Source: Monocercomonoides exilis PA203 (taxonomy: Eukaryota > Protista > Preaxostyla). From it: a stretch of 64,000 nt of DNA. The translations under genes and the position numbers were made by a program. The notes under the pieces are model-generated. The model was not told the DNA's origin. It was given only the letters and a program-made list of their open reading frames with translations, and searched no databases. The DNA lies in NCBI GenBank assembly GCA_001643675.2, contig LSRY02000020.1, positions 1,302,001 to 1,366,000 of the forward strand, written 5' to 3'. Shown here piece after piece: positions 1 through 12,578 of the stretch (its first letter is position 1; each line of letters starts with the position of its first letter).

Positions 1-3000
1 GGTCTTCATTTGTCAAATCACCATTAGTGATGGCTTCTTCTGTTGTATTTGAGAGCAACAACTTTTCAAACATTGTGAACAAGGGCAGCGGTGAAGAAGG
101 AGGCGTTGCAAAAGTGACATTGCAAGGGAATGAAGAATTGGTGATGAAATCAACAAATGTGTCATCATGTTCGTTTTCATCAGGCAATGGAAAAGGAGGA
201 TTCTTGTATTTGGATTGTCAAAATTGTTTGAATGAAAACCCATTTGTTTTTGATGTTGGAGTAACATTTGAGAACAACAATGCAACCATCGGAAAGAATA
301 TGTTCATTTTGGGAAAGGATTTTAATCGTTCTGTTACAACTAATACATTCAGATTTGATTACCCATCAATGATTGATGATAAAACTCTGTTTGTGGGAAG
401 TGATGACTATCATCAAGAAAAGGATTTGTTCATGTTTCTGATTCCATTCAGCTCGTTTGAGATATTTATCTCATCTTGTGGATTTGATGTTGCAAGATGT
501 GGAAGTGAAGAAGATCCATGCTTCACAATGTGGAAAGGGATGGAAAACATGAAAAGAGAGATTGGAAATAAAACAATTCAGATTGAAGGATCAACAATTA
601 TTCAAGATTCATTCAGCATGTCCAATTGTCAGATCAAAAAGGCTTCCTCAATGGGAGAAGAGAATGAAAAAGCAATATTGAATTTTGAAAAGGCAATTGG
701 AAGTCAACTGGAATATTTCATGGAAAATGATATTCATCTTGAATTGACAAATATCCAGCTCCAACTAACATCTGGATTTGACAATTCAGCAGAATCAATT
801 ATTTCAAACAGAGGAGGAGAATTGTCCATAACTGGATGCTCATTCCATTCAGAGGCAGAAGTGAACAGTGGATTTGATTGTGTGTTTGTGGATGTGATTG
901 GAGGAAGTGTGGAAGTGAATGATTTGTCAATGGAATCATGCAATATTGGAAATAGTGTATTTACCATTCACGATGCTGGAGTTGTTTGTCATTTTGTGAA
1001 TGTTCGAGTGAAATTGTTGAATGAAAGCGGAGGATGCATTTTGTCAATCAAGAAATCTGAAACAGGATTGGAGATAAATGAAGAATGTGTGAATATTGAG
1101 ATTAACAAATCGTCATTTTCAGGAGTGAAGAGAAGTGACAATGGAGCGAGCATTTTGGAGTCTGCAAGTGAGAAAAAGATATGTTTGGTTGTGAATACGA
1201 GCAACATCACAGAAGACAAAGCAGAAGCAAGTGAAAAAGGAGGGACAATATTCTTCACATTGGGTGCATCAGGATCGATGAAGATGGTTGACTCAACAAT
1301 CAGCCATTGTAGCTGCAGCATCAGTTCAGGAAAAGGAGGAGGAGTGTATCTGGCAACAAAGGAAAGAGGGAATCTTGATTTTGCATTTGTGAGGGTGAAG
1401 TTCAGTGCAAACACAGCAAAAGTGGGGAACGATATTTTCATTGAATGTTACAGGATCAAATCGCAGATCAATGAAAGGCAATTTGAGCTTGATCTTCGAG
1501 AAGATCATTACACTCGAATAAATGGGATATGTGGGAGAGATGAGTGTGATTACCCGAGCGATACAGATCTGATTGAGTTTATCACGATTCATCAAAGTGA
1601 TACGATTGTTGTGAGCAGTGTGAATGGATCGAATGAGAGACAATGCGGAACAAATGCTCTTCCATGTGATTCAATCGATTATGGGCTGGTGCATCTGACA
1701 TCAGAGCTGATAAGTCAAATTCTCATTGTTGAAGAGAGTGTGATTGGGGAAGAGATAAATCTGGAGGAGATGAGTTTGAGTTCAAAGAGCAGGGAGATGT
1801 GCAAAGTTGAAGTGAAATCAGGGACTGAAAGAACAAGAGAGGCATTGTTGATAACAACCGGAACAGTCTCATTATTGAGAGTGAATTTCGTGTTTGATTT
1901 GAATCTCATCTCTTCACACGAATCACTGATGTCACCAGAAGGAGGGATTCTCGAAATAATAAATTGCTCAATTTGCTCAAAGCAACTGATGGAAGAAGGA
2001 GATGTGGCTTTTGCAAACATTCCATTCCACGTTATTAACATGGTAAATGGAGAATTACAACTTATGGAATGCACAATGTCAAATCTCATTCTTCAAAAAT
2101 CAGCATTATTTATTTCATCACAACTTCCATCTGTAATTGATTCATTAACGATTTGCAATTCAACAATTTCAAAGTCTCTTATCGATATAAATGAATGCGG
2201 ACAATTGACAATCAAGGATTTCAAAACAGAAAATATCACAGTTGAAGGAAATGATGAATCATTGATATCTTGCTTGACAATGAAAAGGACAATTCAATTG
2301 ACAAATTGCACAACAGATGGGGTCAGTTCAAACAAAGCAAAAGGGAAATTGATGAAATTGGAGGATTGTTTGGATGTGAAAATGGACAGTTGCGACTTTG
2401 ATGGGAGTTCAAAGGAAAAAAATGAGCATTCATTCAATGTGGAAGAAGAGATGTGCAGATGGGATGGATCTCTTGTGGATGTTGTGAAGAGTTCTGTGAT
2501 GATGAAAGACACAACAATCTCGAATTCACCAGAAGGTGGAATAACAATGAGTGGAGGAATCGTGATAATTGAGAAAGGAGAGTTCATTGACAATAATCCA
2601 TCAATTGAAGGATATCCTTCTTTGAGAAGAAATATCTTCTGTTCAGATTCAGGAACATTGAATGTGATGAGTTTGAAAGGAGGAGATGGAGTTTTGCCAA
2701 ACACCTCACTTTGGATGTTGAATGAAGGGTGCAGTTTCGATGGGATTATTTCAGAGAGAGATTCATCATTCTTCATTCCTGTTCTGGAGAGTGTGGAAGC
2801 AAAAGAAGAGACAAATAGAATGAAGCTGGCATTCAAAGGATTGCTTCTTTTCCCATGCAATCTGTCATTTTCAGTTGTGAAGAAGAAGGGAGAAGAGAAA
2901 GAGATTGAAAAATATGATTTTGATTCAAATGGATTCCTTTCAGAAAGAGAAGTTGAAGGGAGCGTGGGAAAAGATCTGATCAGCAGCTGTGGAGAAGAAA

Positions 3001-4178
3001 TCGAGGTGAGTGTGCAAGTTTTGTTTGGAGATTCAAATTCTCCTTCATCGACAGAGCCATTGATCCTGAAGAACAGAACGGTTGGAAGGGATGATTTGCG
3101 AGAAGATGTTGTGAAGGAGTCGGAGAAAGGGGGAAATGGGTGGAGCATTTATGCGTTTGTGGCATGTGCAGTTGTTGTTGTTGTGCTTGTGGTTGTGATT
3201 GTTTTGATATTGATCAAAAAGCAGAAGAGATCAGGAAAGAAAGTTGTGGAAGGAGATTTGGAAAACATGAAAATGATTGAAAACTGCGAGCTGAGCAAGG
3301 AAGAGAAAAATGAAAGTTTTGAAATGGACGAGGTGTCATCACCATTGCTTGAAAAGATGCAAAGCCAAACACCACTTTTGATGGATGGCAATAATCCTCC
3401 GCTTGTGACTCTCAGGAAAGGAATAATGATTGAAGGCACGCAAGAGCCAGACAGCTCAATTGTGATTTCTTCAAAAGACTTTGTGGAGGTGCAAACCATT
3501 GAGTTGCATTCAAACAACCGAGAGGATGGAGACGCAACAAAGAATGGTGCAAACGATCAGATTTCATTTGATTCGAAGAAAAGTGGAACAGACAGCAAAA
3601 GGAAGCAGAGGAAGAAGAAGAAATGGAAAGAATCGGGCACAAGGAATGAAAGAGAAACAAAAGCAATTGGAGGGGATTTGATGCACAGTGAAGGAAGAAT
3701 TGAGTTTGTGGTTGAGAATTCGCTTGGAGAAAATTGCATTGAGAGCTTTCTGGTGAATGGAGATGAACCGAATTTGTTGGTGAATTCAGGGGCATCTTCC
3801 TTTTCTTTTGGCAATGATAACGAGGAGTTGAGCTGCCACTCGAAAGAGCCAAGTCTTGCACCAAGAGAAGCGAGAGATGAAGGAGCAGCAGCTGTTCATG
3901 GACTGAAGAATGCACCAAAAGCAAAGGAAAAGCCATCCAAGGAAATGGATGCTCAAGGTCTTTCAGATGATGTTAATGAAGCAGAAAGAGAAGCGAGAGC
4001 AACAAACATTGATGAATATATTCGCGATCTGGAAACGATAAATGGTGAGGCAGAGCAGAAAACGAAGAAAGGAAAGAAGAAGAGGAAGAAGAAGAAACAA
4101 AAAAAGGAAGAAGAAGTGTTGAAGAATCCAGCTGTCGAGGAGATTGAAGCCAATGAAGTTGGGATTGATGCTTCTTAA
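1..4178 (+). CDS. 5'-truncated large Cys-rich beta-helix-repeat (Pmp/pectin-lyase-like) single-pass membrane protein; paralogue of 22436-31039
   Basis: Long ORF continuing from upstream of the window. Repeated CGx4PC, GGG(V/F)YL and NxAxxGxDIF motifs; TM segment WSIYAFVACAVVVVVLVVVIVLILI (~3141-3215) followed by KKQKR; charged cytoplasmic tail. Colinear with 26894-31039. Confidence 0.85.
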   Translation, partial: SSFVKSPLVMASSVVFESNNFSNIVNKGSGEEGGVAKVTLQGNEELVMKSTNVSSCSFSSGNGKGGFLYLDCQNCLNENPFVFDVGVTFENNNATIGKNMFILGKDFNRSVTTNTFRFDYPSMIDDKTLFVGSDDYHQEKDLFMFLIPFSSFEIFISSCGFDVARCGSEEDPCFTMWKGMENMKREIGNKTIQIEGSTIIQDSFSMSNCQIKKASSMGEENEKAILNFEKAIGSQLEYFMENDIHLELTNIQLQLTSGFDNSAESIISNRGGELSITGCSFHSEAEVNSGFDCVFVDVIGGSVEVNDLSMESCNIGNSVFTIHDAGVVCHFVNVRVKLLNESGGCILSIKKSETGLEINEECVNIEINKSSFSGVKRSDNGASILESASEKKICLVVNTSNITEDKAEASEKGGTIFFTLGASGSMKMVDSTISHCSCSISSGKGGGVYLATKERGNLDFAFVRVKFSANTAKVGNDIFIECYRIKSQINERQFELDLREDHYTRINGICGRDECDYPSDTDLIEFITIHQSDTIVVSSVNGSNERQCGTNALPCDSIDYGLVHLTSELISQILIVEESVIGEEINLEEMSLSSKSREMCKVEVKSGTERTREALLITTGTVSLLRVNFVFDLNLISSHESLMSPEGGILEIINCSICSKQLMEEGDVAFANIPFHVINMVNGELQLMECTMSNLILQKSALFISSQLPSVIDSLTICNSTISKSLIDINECGQLTIKDFKTENITVEGNDESLISCLTMKRTIQLTNCTTDGVSSNKAKGKLMKLEDCLDVKMDSCDFDGSSKEKNEHSFNVEEEMCRWDGSLVDVVKSSVMMKDTTISNSPEGGITMSGGIVIIEKGEFIDNNPSIEGYPSLRRNIFCSDSGTLNVMSLKGGDGVLPNTSLWMLNEGCSFDGIISERDSSFFIPVLESVEAKEETNRMKLAFKGLLLFPCNLSFSVVKKKGEEKEIEKYDFDSNGFLSEREVEGSVGKDLISSCGEEIEVSVQVLFGDSNSPSSTEPLILKNRTVGRDDLREDVVKESEKGGNGWSIYAFVACAVVVVVLVVVIVLILIKKQKRSGKKVVEGDLENMKMIENCELSKEEKNESFEMDEVSSPLLEKMQSQTPLLMDGNNPPLVTLRKGIMIEGTQEPDSSIVISSKDFVEVQTIELHSNNREDGDATKNGANDQISFDSKKSGTDSKRKQRKKKKWKESGTRNERETKAIGGDLMHSEGRIEFVVENSLGENCIESFLVNGDEPNLLVNSGASSFSFGNDNEELSCHSKEPSLAPREARDEGAAAVHGLKNAPKAKEKPSKEMDAQGLSDDVNEAEREARATNIDEYIRDLETINGEAEQKTKKGKKKRKKKKQKKEEEVLKNPAVEEIEANEVGIDAS

Positions 4179-4850
4179 AGGAGCTGTGCCATTTGGTCAA
4201 CTTTCAAAAAAGAAAACCTTTTTTTTTAGAAGTTGATCATGATTTTTGTGTGAACTATTTTGAATTGAACATTTTGTCCAATACTTGATACAGCTTAAAA
4301 GGGCTTTCTGCATTAAAAAAACATATAATCTTTCTCTCATTGGTTGGGTTGTGTTTTTATCAGTTCAATTTTTTTACTATTAATTCTTTAAAAAACATAA
4401 ATCTCAAATTAACACTAAAAATGAAATCAAAGAAAATATAATTTTATTTCTAAATGTAATCCAGATCACAACAAGTTATCTATGTGCAATTTTTGATAGT
4501 ATGACATCCTTTTAAATTTTTTTTTTATTTTTTTTTATTTTTTATTTATTTATTATTGAACTTACTTATTTACTCATTTATTTATTTATTTATTTAATTT
4601 ATTGCTTTGTCAAGCTCATTTTGACAAACTCGAAAATTTTGTTCGAATTGTTAGAAGACAGTATTATTTATCGAAAATCTGATAAACACTTTTGTTCTTT
4701 AAAAAATAATAATCCAAATGATTTTTCTGTTCAATGTTTTTCCCCGTTAACAACAAAAATATACAGGAAAAAATGGATATCTTATTAATTTTTCTTTTTT
4801 CGACCCATATCTTATAAAACCAATATTTTCAAGATTGTTTATTGGCTTTG

Positions 4851-7800
4851 ATGAGCGATTCAACAAATATTCAACATCTTGTGTGCAATTGCATATTAGC
4901 AAATTATTGCTTGCTTATATTGAGATTTTTAATAACATTTAATTACGTTTTTATGAATAATTTTTCAAAATATATTATTGATATTCATTAGGAAAAAGGT
5001 TTTTCATTTTTTTGAACAAATTATATCAAATTAATTATTTTATTTTTCATTTGCGGATTTTTAAAAATAGATCAATCACCAGCATTAACTTTCCACAGTG
5101 ATGAAAGAGAATTTGTTGAAACAAATAAGTATTCAACAAGAAAGGATCTCTCAACTCAAAAAATACTTTTTGACGGAAAGAGTGATGAAAATTTAGATGT
5201 TAAGAAGCTGTCTGCTGAAAATGCTTCAATTTTTGAAATGATATTAAAAGATAACTCTCATGAAAACATATTAGAAATTGAGGAAAATTCCAAAAATTTG
5301 GAAGCTCACAAAAATTATGAAACGATGAAATTTAAAGAAAAAGAAGATAAGGAGTCGAAATCACAGCTTGAACTTGACGGTGACAAAGGATCATCAACAA
5401 TTAATGAAAATCTCACTTTTAATCCAAATGGATCTGGCGAAGTACTTAAACACAGCATCAGTGAAAAAGATAATGCAAAATTTGGAACAAATACCGATAA
5501 ATCGAAGACAAAAGAATCAGAAAAAATTTGCAACCAAAATTCTGAACTTCCATCATTACTTTCTGAAGAAGAATTTCAAATGCATCCAAAAGCCGCGAAA
5601 AAACAGCGCAACCAGCGAATTACGCAACGCGAATATCGCTTGCTCACGGAAGAGCTTACGACAGAAGAAAAGAAAACGATGAAAGTGTCGAGTCGCTCGT
5701 TTCCTCACACTCTCCGTGGATCAGCGCTGCGTGGAGGCGCTTCGGCTGATGGCAGAGCTGCCTCGCCAAGAAAGCTGCCCAACTCCCGCTTGCGAACGTC
5801 TGCGAGGTCGCCGGCGCTGCCTGCAGGCGACAGCAGCAGCTTAAGGGGCACGCGGAAGAGCAGACAGACTGACCGGCAGAAGAAGAGCACAAACTCGGCT
5901 GCAGATGCGCCTGCGGAGAAGAAGGACAGGAGAAAGGACACAGAGACCGACGAAAGCAGCGAGGAGAAAGAGAACGCTAAAGACGGCAAAGACGGCAAAG
6001 ACGGCAAAGACGAAATGAAAGAGAGGCGCTCATATGCGAAGCCAGCAGAAGAAGGAGCGAATAGCAAGGCTGAGCTTAGCGGCGAAGGCAGCGTTGAGTC
6101 AGACGGTGCATCGGAAAAGGAGAGCATGTTTACTTCGTTTGGAAACCTGCGCAAGAGGCGTCTGCAGCCAACAGCAGAAGAGATGCAGAAGGAAAGAGAA
6201 AGGGAAGAGAAGGAAAAGAAAAAGGAGGAGGAGCTGAGGGCAGCAGAGAGGAAGAAGCATTATGAAGAGCGAGCGAAAGCGAGAGAGGCGACGCTGAAGG
6301 AAGAGCTGCGGAAGTATGAAGAGAGGAGGAAGAAGAAGCACGAGGATGAAGAAGAGCAAGAGCAAGAGCAAGAACAAGAGCAAGAGCAAAAGCAGGAACA
6401 GGAACAGGAACAGGAACATGAAAAGGAAGAAGAAAAGGAAGGAGAACAAGGAAAAGAACTGGAAGGAGAACAAGAGGAAGAAGGAGGAGGAGAAGAAGAA
6501 GGGGAAGATGGAGAAGGGGAAGAAGGGGAAGAAGGAGAAAGTGAAGCGATGGAAGAGGAAGGAGAAGACAGAAAAAAACAAGAAGATGAAAATGTTGATG
6601 AAAATGAAAATGAAAACGAAGGTGAAGATGAAGAAAAGGAAGAAAAGGAAAGCGTGGAAGTTGAAGAGTCAGAAAGAGAGAAAGAAAGGGAAGAAGAAAA
6701 AGAAGAAAAAGAAGAAGAAGAAAAGGAAGAAAAAGAAATAGAAAGGGAAGAAGAAAAAAGCGCATATGGAAAAGGAAAAGAGGAAGGAAAAAGAGGAGAA
6801 GGAGAAGGAGAAGGAGAAGGAGAAGGAAAACAACAAGAAGAAAATAATAGAAATGATAAAAGCGAAGAAACGAGAGAAATAAAAGGAGGTATTGGAGGGG
6901 CAGAAGAAGGCGATAAAGAAATGGAAAAAGCAGAAAAACAAGAGGAAAAAGAAAGTGAAAGAAAAAGTGAAAGAAATGAAGAAGATGAGAAGGTTCAACA
7001 ACGACAGACTGATGATGATGATGATGATGATGAAGGTAAACTGGTGAATGATAGTAAAGAAGATGAAGAAAGAAAAGTTGAGTTAGAAGAAGCAAATGAT
7101 CACAAAGAAGAGAAAGAAGAGAAAGAAGAGAAAGAAGAAAAAGAAATTAAAGAAGAAAAAGAAGAAAAAGAAGAAGAAAAGCCAAAGGAAGTTGAAGAAG
7201 TTGTGAAAGCTAAAGAAGAAGCTGATGAAAAGGAAGAGTTGAAAGAAGAGGAAAAAGCAAAGTTTGGAGAAAGCAGAGAATACAAACACAAATCTGAAGC
7301 TGCAGATTTGTTTGACGAGAAGAAAGAAGAAGAAGAAGAAGAAGGAGGAGGAGGAGGAGAAAGGGAAAGGGAAAGGGAAAGGGAAAGAGGAGAAAGAGAA
7401 AGAGGAGAAAGAGAAGGAGAAAAGAGCTTGAAGCAAGAAATGATGGATGAAGCGGCAAAAGAAGCGAAAGAAGTGAAAATGGAAGAAATGAAAGAAGAAG
7501 ATGAACTGAAAGTGCAAAAGGAAGAGAAGAACTTGCTGATTGTGGAAGAGAAAGAAAACAAAGAAAATGCCAAAAAAGAAGAAGCTGAAGAGAAAGAAAG
7601 TAAAAAGAAGGCAGAAATTGAGAAGGAAATGAAGATGGAATATGAGAACGTGAAGGGAAAAGAAAAAGAAAAAGAAAAAGAAAAAGAAAAAGAAAAAGAG
7701 AAGAAAGAAGAAGAAGAAATAGAATTTCTAAAAGAAGAAAAGAAAGAAATCGAAATCGAAAGCAAAAGTGGAAATGAAATTGAAGGGAAAAAAGAAAGTG

Positions 7801-8459
7801 TTAAAGACGATGGTGAAAGAAAAGAGAAAGGCAAAGAGAAAGAGAAAGAGAACGAAAAGGAGAAGGAGAAAGAAAAAGAGAAGGAGAAAGATAAAGATAA
7901 AGAAAAGGAAAAGGAAAAGGAAAAGGAAAAGGAAAGCGAGAAAGATAAAGATAAAGAGAAAGACAGAAACAGAGAAAAAGATCAAAATGAAAAGCGATCA
8001 AAAGATAGAAGAAATAGCGAATCTCGAAGAAGAACTGATAAATCTGATAAATCTGAAAAGTCAGACAAAACTGAAAAAGCCGAAAAAACAGAAAAAACCG
8101 ACAAGTCAGAAAAGGCAGACAAAACAGAAAAGAATGATAAAAGCGATAAAAGCGACAAAAATGATAAAAACGATAAAGCAGACAAAACAGACAAAGCCGA
8201 CAAATCTGATCCAAAGAAAGCCGACCCCGCTGCGCAGAGCACAAGCCGAGACAGGCGCCGGCTGAAGAGGGAGAAGCGGAAGCCGTCGCGGCGCTCGCAG
8301 ATTGAGCTGCTGACTGCCGACTTGTTCAGCCAGTCGTTCAGCCACGAGAAAGCAGGCAAGGCGAAGTCACACAGCCCAAGCGCAGCGAAGCCGAAGGGGA
8401 AAGCAAGGCTGGCTGCGGCAATAGCTGCTGCTGCAGCAGCGTCTTCTTCGAATTCTTCT

Positions 8460-8491
<32 letters not shown>

Positions 8492-11213
8492 CTCTTCTTC
8501 TTCCTCCTCAGGCACTTCTCCATCCTCCTTCTCCTCCTCTCTTCGGAGCAAGAAGCGAGGTTTGCTCAAACCACCTTCCGAGCATTCCACGGAAGACAAA
8601 ACTGAAGCTCTTTCACTCAAACCGAAGCCCAAGCCGAAGCCTGTTCCGAAGCTGAGGCAGCGGCCGACCAGAATGGCGTCGAGGAGCAGCGCGATGGGGC
8701 TGCTGAGGAAGCCGACGAAGAGCCCAAACACTCGCTCGAAGAAGCCCGCGAAGCAGTCAGCAGATTCAAGCTCAGAGGAAGAGGAAGAGGAGGAGGAAGA
8801 GGATAATGATGATGATGATGATGAAGAGGAGGAGGAGGAAGGAGGAGAAGGAAAGGGAGAGGGAGGAGGGAAAGGAGAAGGGAAAAGAGGGAGAGGAGAA
8901 AAAGGAGGGAAAGGAGGGAAAGAGGAGAAAAGCGGGAGAGGAAGGAGAGAGAGGAAGAGAGAAAGAGAAGAGAAAGAAGAAGGCGAAATGACGTCTGACT
9001 CAGAAGCTCATTCGCCCTCTCGCCGCAAATCGGAATCCCGTTCTTCCACTCGCAATGCCGACCACAAAGAAAACTCATCAGACTCATCAAAATCTTCTTC
9101 TTCCTCTTCCTCTTCTTCTCATTCTTCTTCTTCTTCTTCATTGTCTTTATCTTTGTCTTCTTCATCAGGAGATGAGCCCGTCGACCGCTCCAAGGCGATT
9201 CTTGTTGTGTGCTCGCACCGCATCATCACCGTCCCTCTGAACATCTTCGAGCCAGTTTTCTCGCTGTGGTCGTCGCAGCCGGGTGTGGTGGCGCTGCAGC
9301 GGGACATCGCACACACAAAAGTGTATTTCGGGAAAGAGAAAGACGCAGAGGCGTTTATTCGGCAGTTTGACAACGCGAAACTCGGCAACGATCCGATCAA
9401 TGTGCGCATGCTGAGTGGGGAAGAGAGAGAAAAGTGGGAGGCGGGGGAAGATGAGAGGAAGCAAAACACGCTGAGGATACTGACAGAGCTGAAGAAGCAG
9501 GAGAGCCTGAGGAGAGCGGAGAAATTGCTGCAGCGGATAAATGAGATCAAAGCGGAGAGTGCAGAGAGAGAAGAAGTGTTTGGCGAAAGAGAAGGGAGGA
9601 AGGGACAAGGGGAAGAAAGCGCTGGGTTTGGAGGAGGGGGAGGGGCTGGAGGAGGAGGAGGAGGAGGAGGAATGGGAAGTGGAGCATCATCTGCAGCAGC
9701 AGCAAGTGCAATGAATTCTTCATTTGTTTCATCGTCATCAGAGAAAACGGATTCTTCTTCTTCTTCATCTTCTTCCAAGTCAGATATCAAAAGCGAAGAA
9801 AAAGGTGTTTCTGACAGTTTGAAAGCGAACCTCAGGCCGAAAACAGCAAAGCCAAGCACACGCTTAGACAAGAAGGCGCTGCCTGCACAGCCAAAGAAAG
9901 GAGGGAGAAGAAAGATCGACCCAGCTTTTGCTCCGTTTCCTTCTTCTTCTTCTTCAACTACGAAGGCAAAAGACGGATCTACACCAACTGTATTTGAAGA
10001 TTCTCTCTCAAATGCACTTCTGGATCATGTGAAATATGGCTCATCATCATCATCATCATCTACTTCTTCATTCACTTCTGCCACTTCATCACCTGATAAC
10101 TCCTCCTCCTCCTCCTCTTCATCTTCTCCCTCTCACATTTCTGCCATCACATCTGAATCAATTCAAAAACTCGAAGAATCCATCTCCTCCCTCGTTTCTG
10201 TGTTTCTCTCTTCTCACCAGCCTTTTGCTTCTTCTTCTTCTTCCTCTTCTCCTTCCTCTTCTCCTTCACTCGAAAAACACGATTCTTCTTCCTCTTTTAA
10301 ACAAGCAGAATATTCATCTTCCTCACAACTTGAGTCATCAACATTTTCTTCTCATTCTTCTACTTCTTCTTCTTCCCCTCATCCCAAAGATCCCATCCAA
10401 ACCGACCATTCCCAGCTGGCATCAGCATTTCGCTCTATCTGCAATGTTCTGTCTCCCACAGACACTTCCATATCTTCTCAGATGTTCGTCTTTTCTTCTC
10501 TCTTCTTGTCAATCATCCCGCCCATCGTGCAGTCCTCCTTCAACAAGTTCTACAGCGATGAATTCGGAATAACTGCAGGCACATCATCGTCATCGTCATC
10601 ATCTTCATCTTCATCATCTTCTTCTTCTTCTTCACAAACACCTGAAAATTCTCCTGCTTTTCTGCCTTCTTCTTCTTCTTCATCGATGCTGCTAACACCG
10701 CAAAGGGACATGTTCTCAAAGGCAGCAATGGATGTGAAGCAGAACACACAAGCAGACATTTCAGAACGCTCTTTGTTCAACTCATTTCCTTCGATGCATT
10801 CTTCTTCTTCTTCTTCTTTGAACCCACTTCCTCTTTCGATGTCTCCAACTTCATTCGATTCCTCCAGTTCGGAGGCAGATGCACTGTCATCCCAGCAATC
10901 TTCTCTGTTTAAAGCAGCTCAACAACAACAACAACAACAACAAATGTTTTCACAACAATCTTTGTTACCCACTCCATTACTGCTGCCTTCTCCTTCGTTA
11001 TCATTGTCTATTGCTTCTTCTTTGTCTCCTTCTCTTTCTCCTGTCAATCCATCATCATCAGCTTCTTCCAGTTCTTCTTCTTCGTCTTCTTCTTCTTCTC
11101 ATTCACATTTTATCCCTCGTAAAGAACAAGATGTGTTCAACACAATGCAAACACGTCGTCTTTCTCAACAAGATCTCACTTCTCCATCATCATCATCATC
11201 ATCATCATCTTCT

Positions 11214-11245
<32 letters not shown>

Positions 11246-12578
11246 TCCATCTTCTCATCCAGACACCACTTCACGCGACTCGCCCAGCCTCTTTCCTCAA
11301 CACTCGCTCTTCCAGTCACAAATGCCAACTCCTCTTCAGGAGAGGAATAATAACAGCAATAACAGCAATAGCAACAACAGCAGTAATAATAACAGTAATA
11401 GTAATAATACTATTAATAATAACAGCATCAATGTTAACAGCAGCCTCAGTTCCTCAGACCACCCACGCACCTTGCCCCCAGTCAGCGACACAATCCCGTT
11501 CTCCACCCTCGTCAACAAGGAGAACAAGCTGACAACTTCACAAATCATCCCTTCTGCTTTGCCTTCTGCCCTTTCCTCACTCACTTCCACTTTGTCTTCT
11601 TCACTCTCATCTTCTCTCTCTTCCTCTCTCCAGTCACAACAGCCCTCCACCTTCCGCCTGCCCCAGCCTCAGTCGCTCTCCCAGGCTTCACCCCAGCCTC
11701 AGATGCAGCCACCACCTCAGCCACTCTCACAATCCCAGCCACAAATTCAGTCTCAATTACAAGCACAGCCTTTGCCTCTCCAACCTCCCACAACAACTCT
11801 CTCTTCCCGCGACAACTCACGGTCTCAGCTTATTCCCAACTGGCACACATACATGATGCCCACAAGTCAGCAGTATGCGCCTCCTTCTCATCTGCAGCCA
11901 CCTTCACTGCAGCCCCAGCCGCTTTCTATGCGCCCTTCGCCCCGCACATCATCGAGGGACTCACGAGACTCGCCCCATTCGTCGCACCACCACAGCTCAG
12001 TCAGATACAGAAGACGTTCTTCAAGACATTCATCGGTATCGCCCAGCCCGTCCAGAAGCTCCCGCTCTCCATCACACGGAAGTTCTTCGATGAATTCCTC
12101 TTCTTCTTCATCTTCTTCCTCTTCATCATCATCCTCCTCCTCTTCTTCTTCCTCTTCCTCTTCCTCCTCCTCCCTCCGCCGCTCTCCTTATCGGCACTCT
12201 GGCTCGCACCACCGCTACTCTCCCATGTCCAGTTCCCGCCGGGGCGAATCTATGCGATCCTCTGATGGAATGCAGAAGCGGTCGTCGGGCTCTTCCTACC
12301 GGCGCTCGTCGATGGCAGAGAAAAGCTCGATGGGCTCGCTGAATGGCTCGCTTGACTCCAGAGGCGCCCATTTCAATCCGATGTTTGGGACGCCAGCACG
12401 CCTCTTCAGCCAGTTTTCTGCGCTTCTGCAGGTGCCGGAGCAGCAGAGGGCAGGGCAGATGGGGTCGGGCCAGTATTTGCCGGCACCGGTGCTGGAGATG
12501 GGGAGAGAGATGGAGATGCACTCGACGTCGCAGCAGGTGCATCCGACGTATCTGCACTCGAATTCGCACATTCTGTGA
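4851..12578 (+). CDS. Very large low-complexity (E/K-rich, poly-Ser, Q/N/P-rich, RS-like tail) protein with one RRM-like domain
   Basis: 2446-aa ORF 5238-12578, frame open from an AG acceptor at 5069-5070. Proposed exons 4851-4880, 4992-4998, 5071-12578. The only clearly globular segment (~9192-9413, ...KVYFGKEKDAEAFIRQFDNAKLGNDPINVRML) resembles the C-terminal half of an RRM. Confidence 0.75.
8035..8210 (+). repeat. Coding 9-bp-period minisatellite encoding (D/E)K(S/T/A/N) tripeptides
   Basis: Translation TDKSDKSEKSDKTEKAEKTEKTDKSEKADKTEKNDKSDKSDKNDKNDKADKTDKADKSD. Confidence 0.85.
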
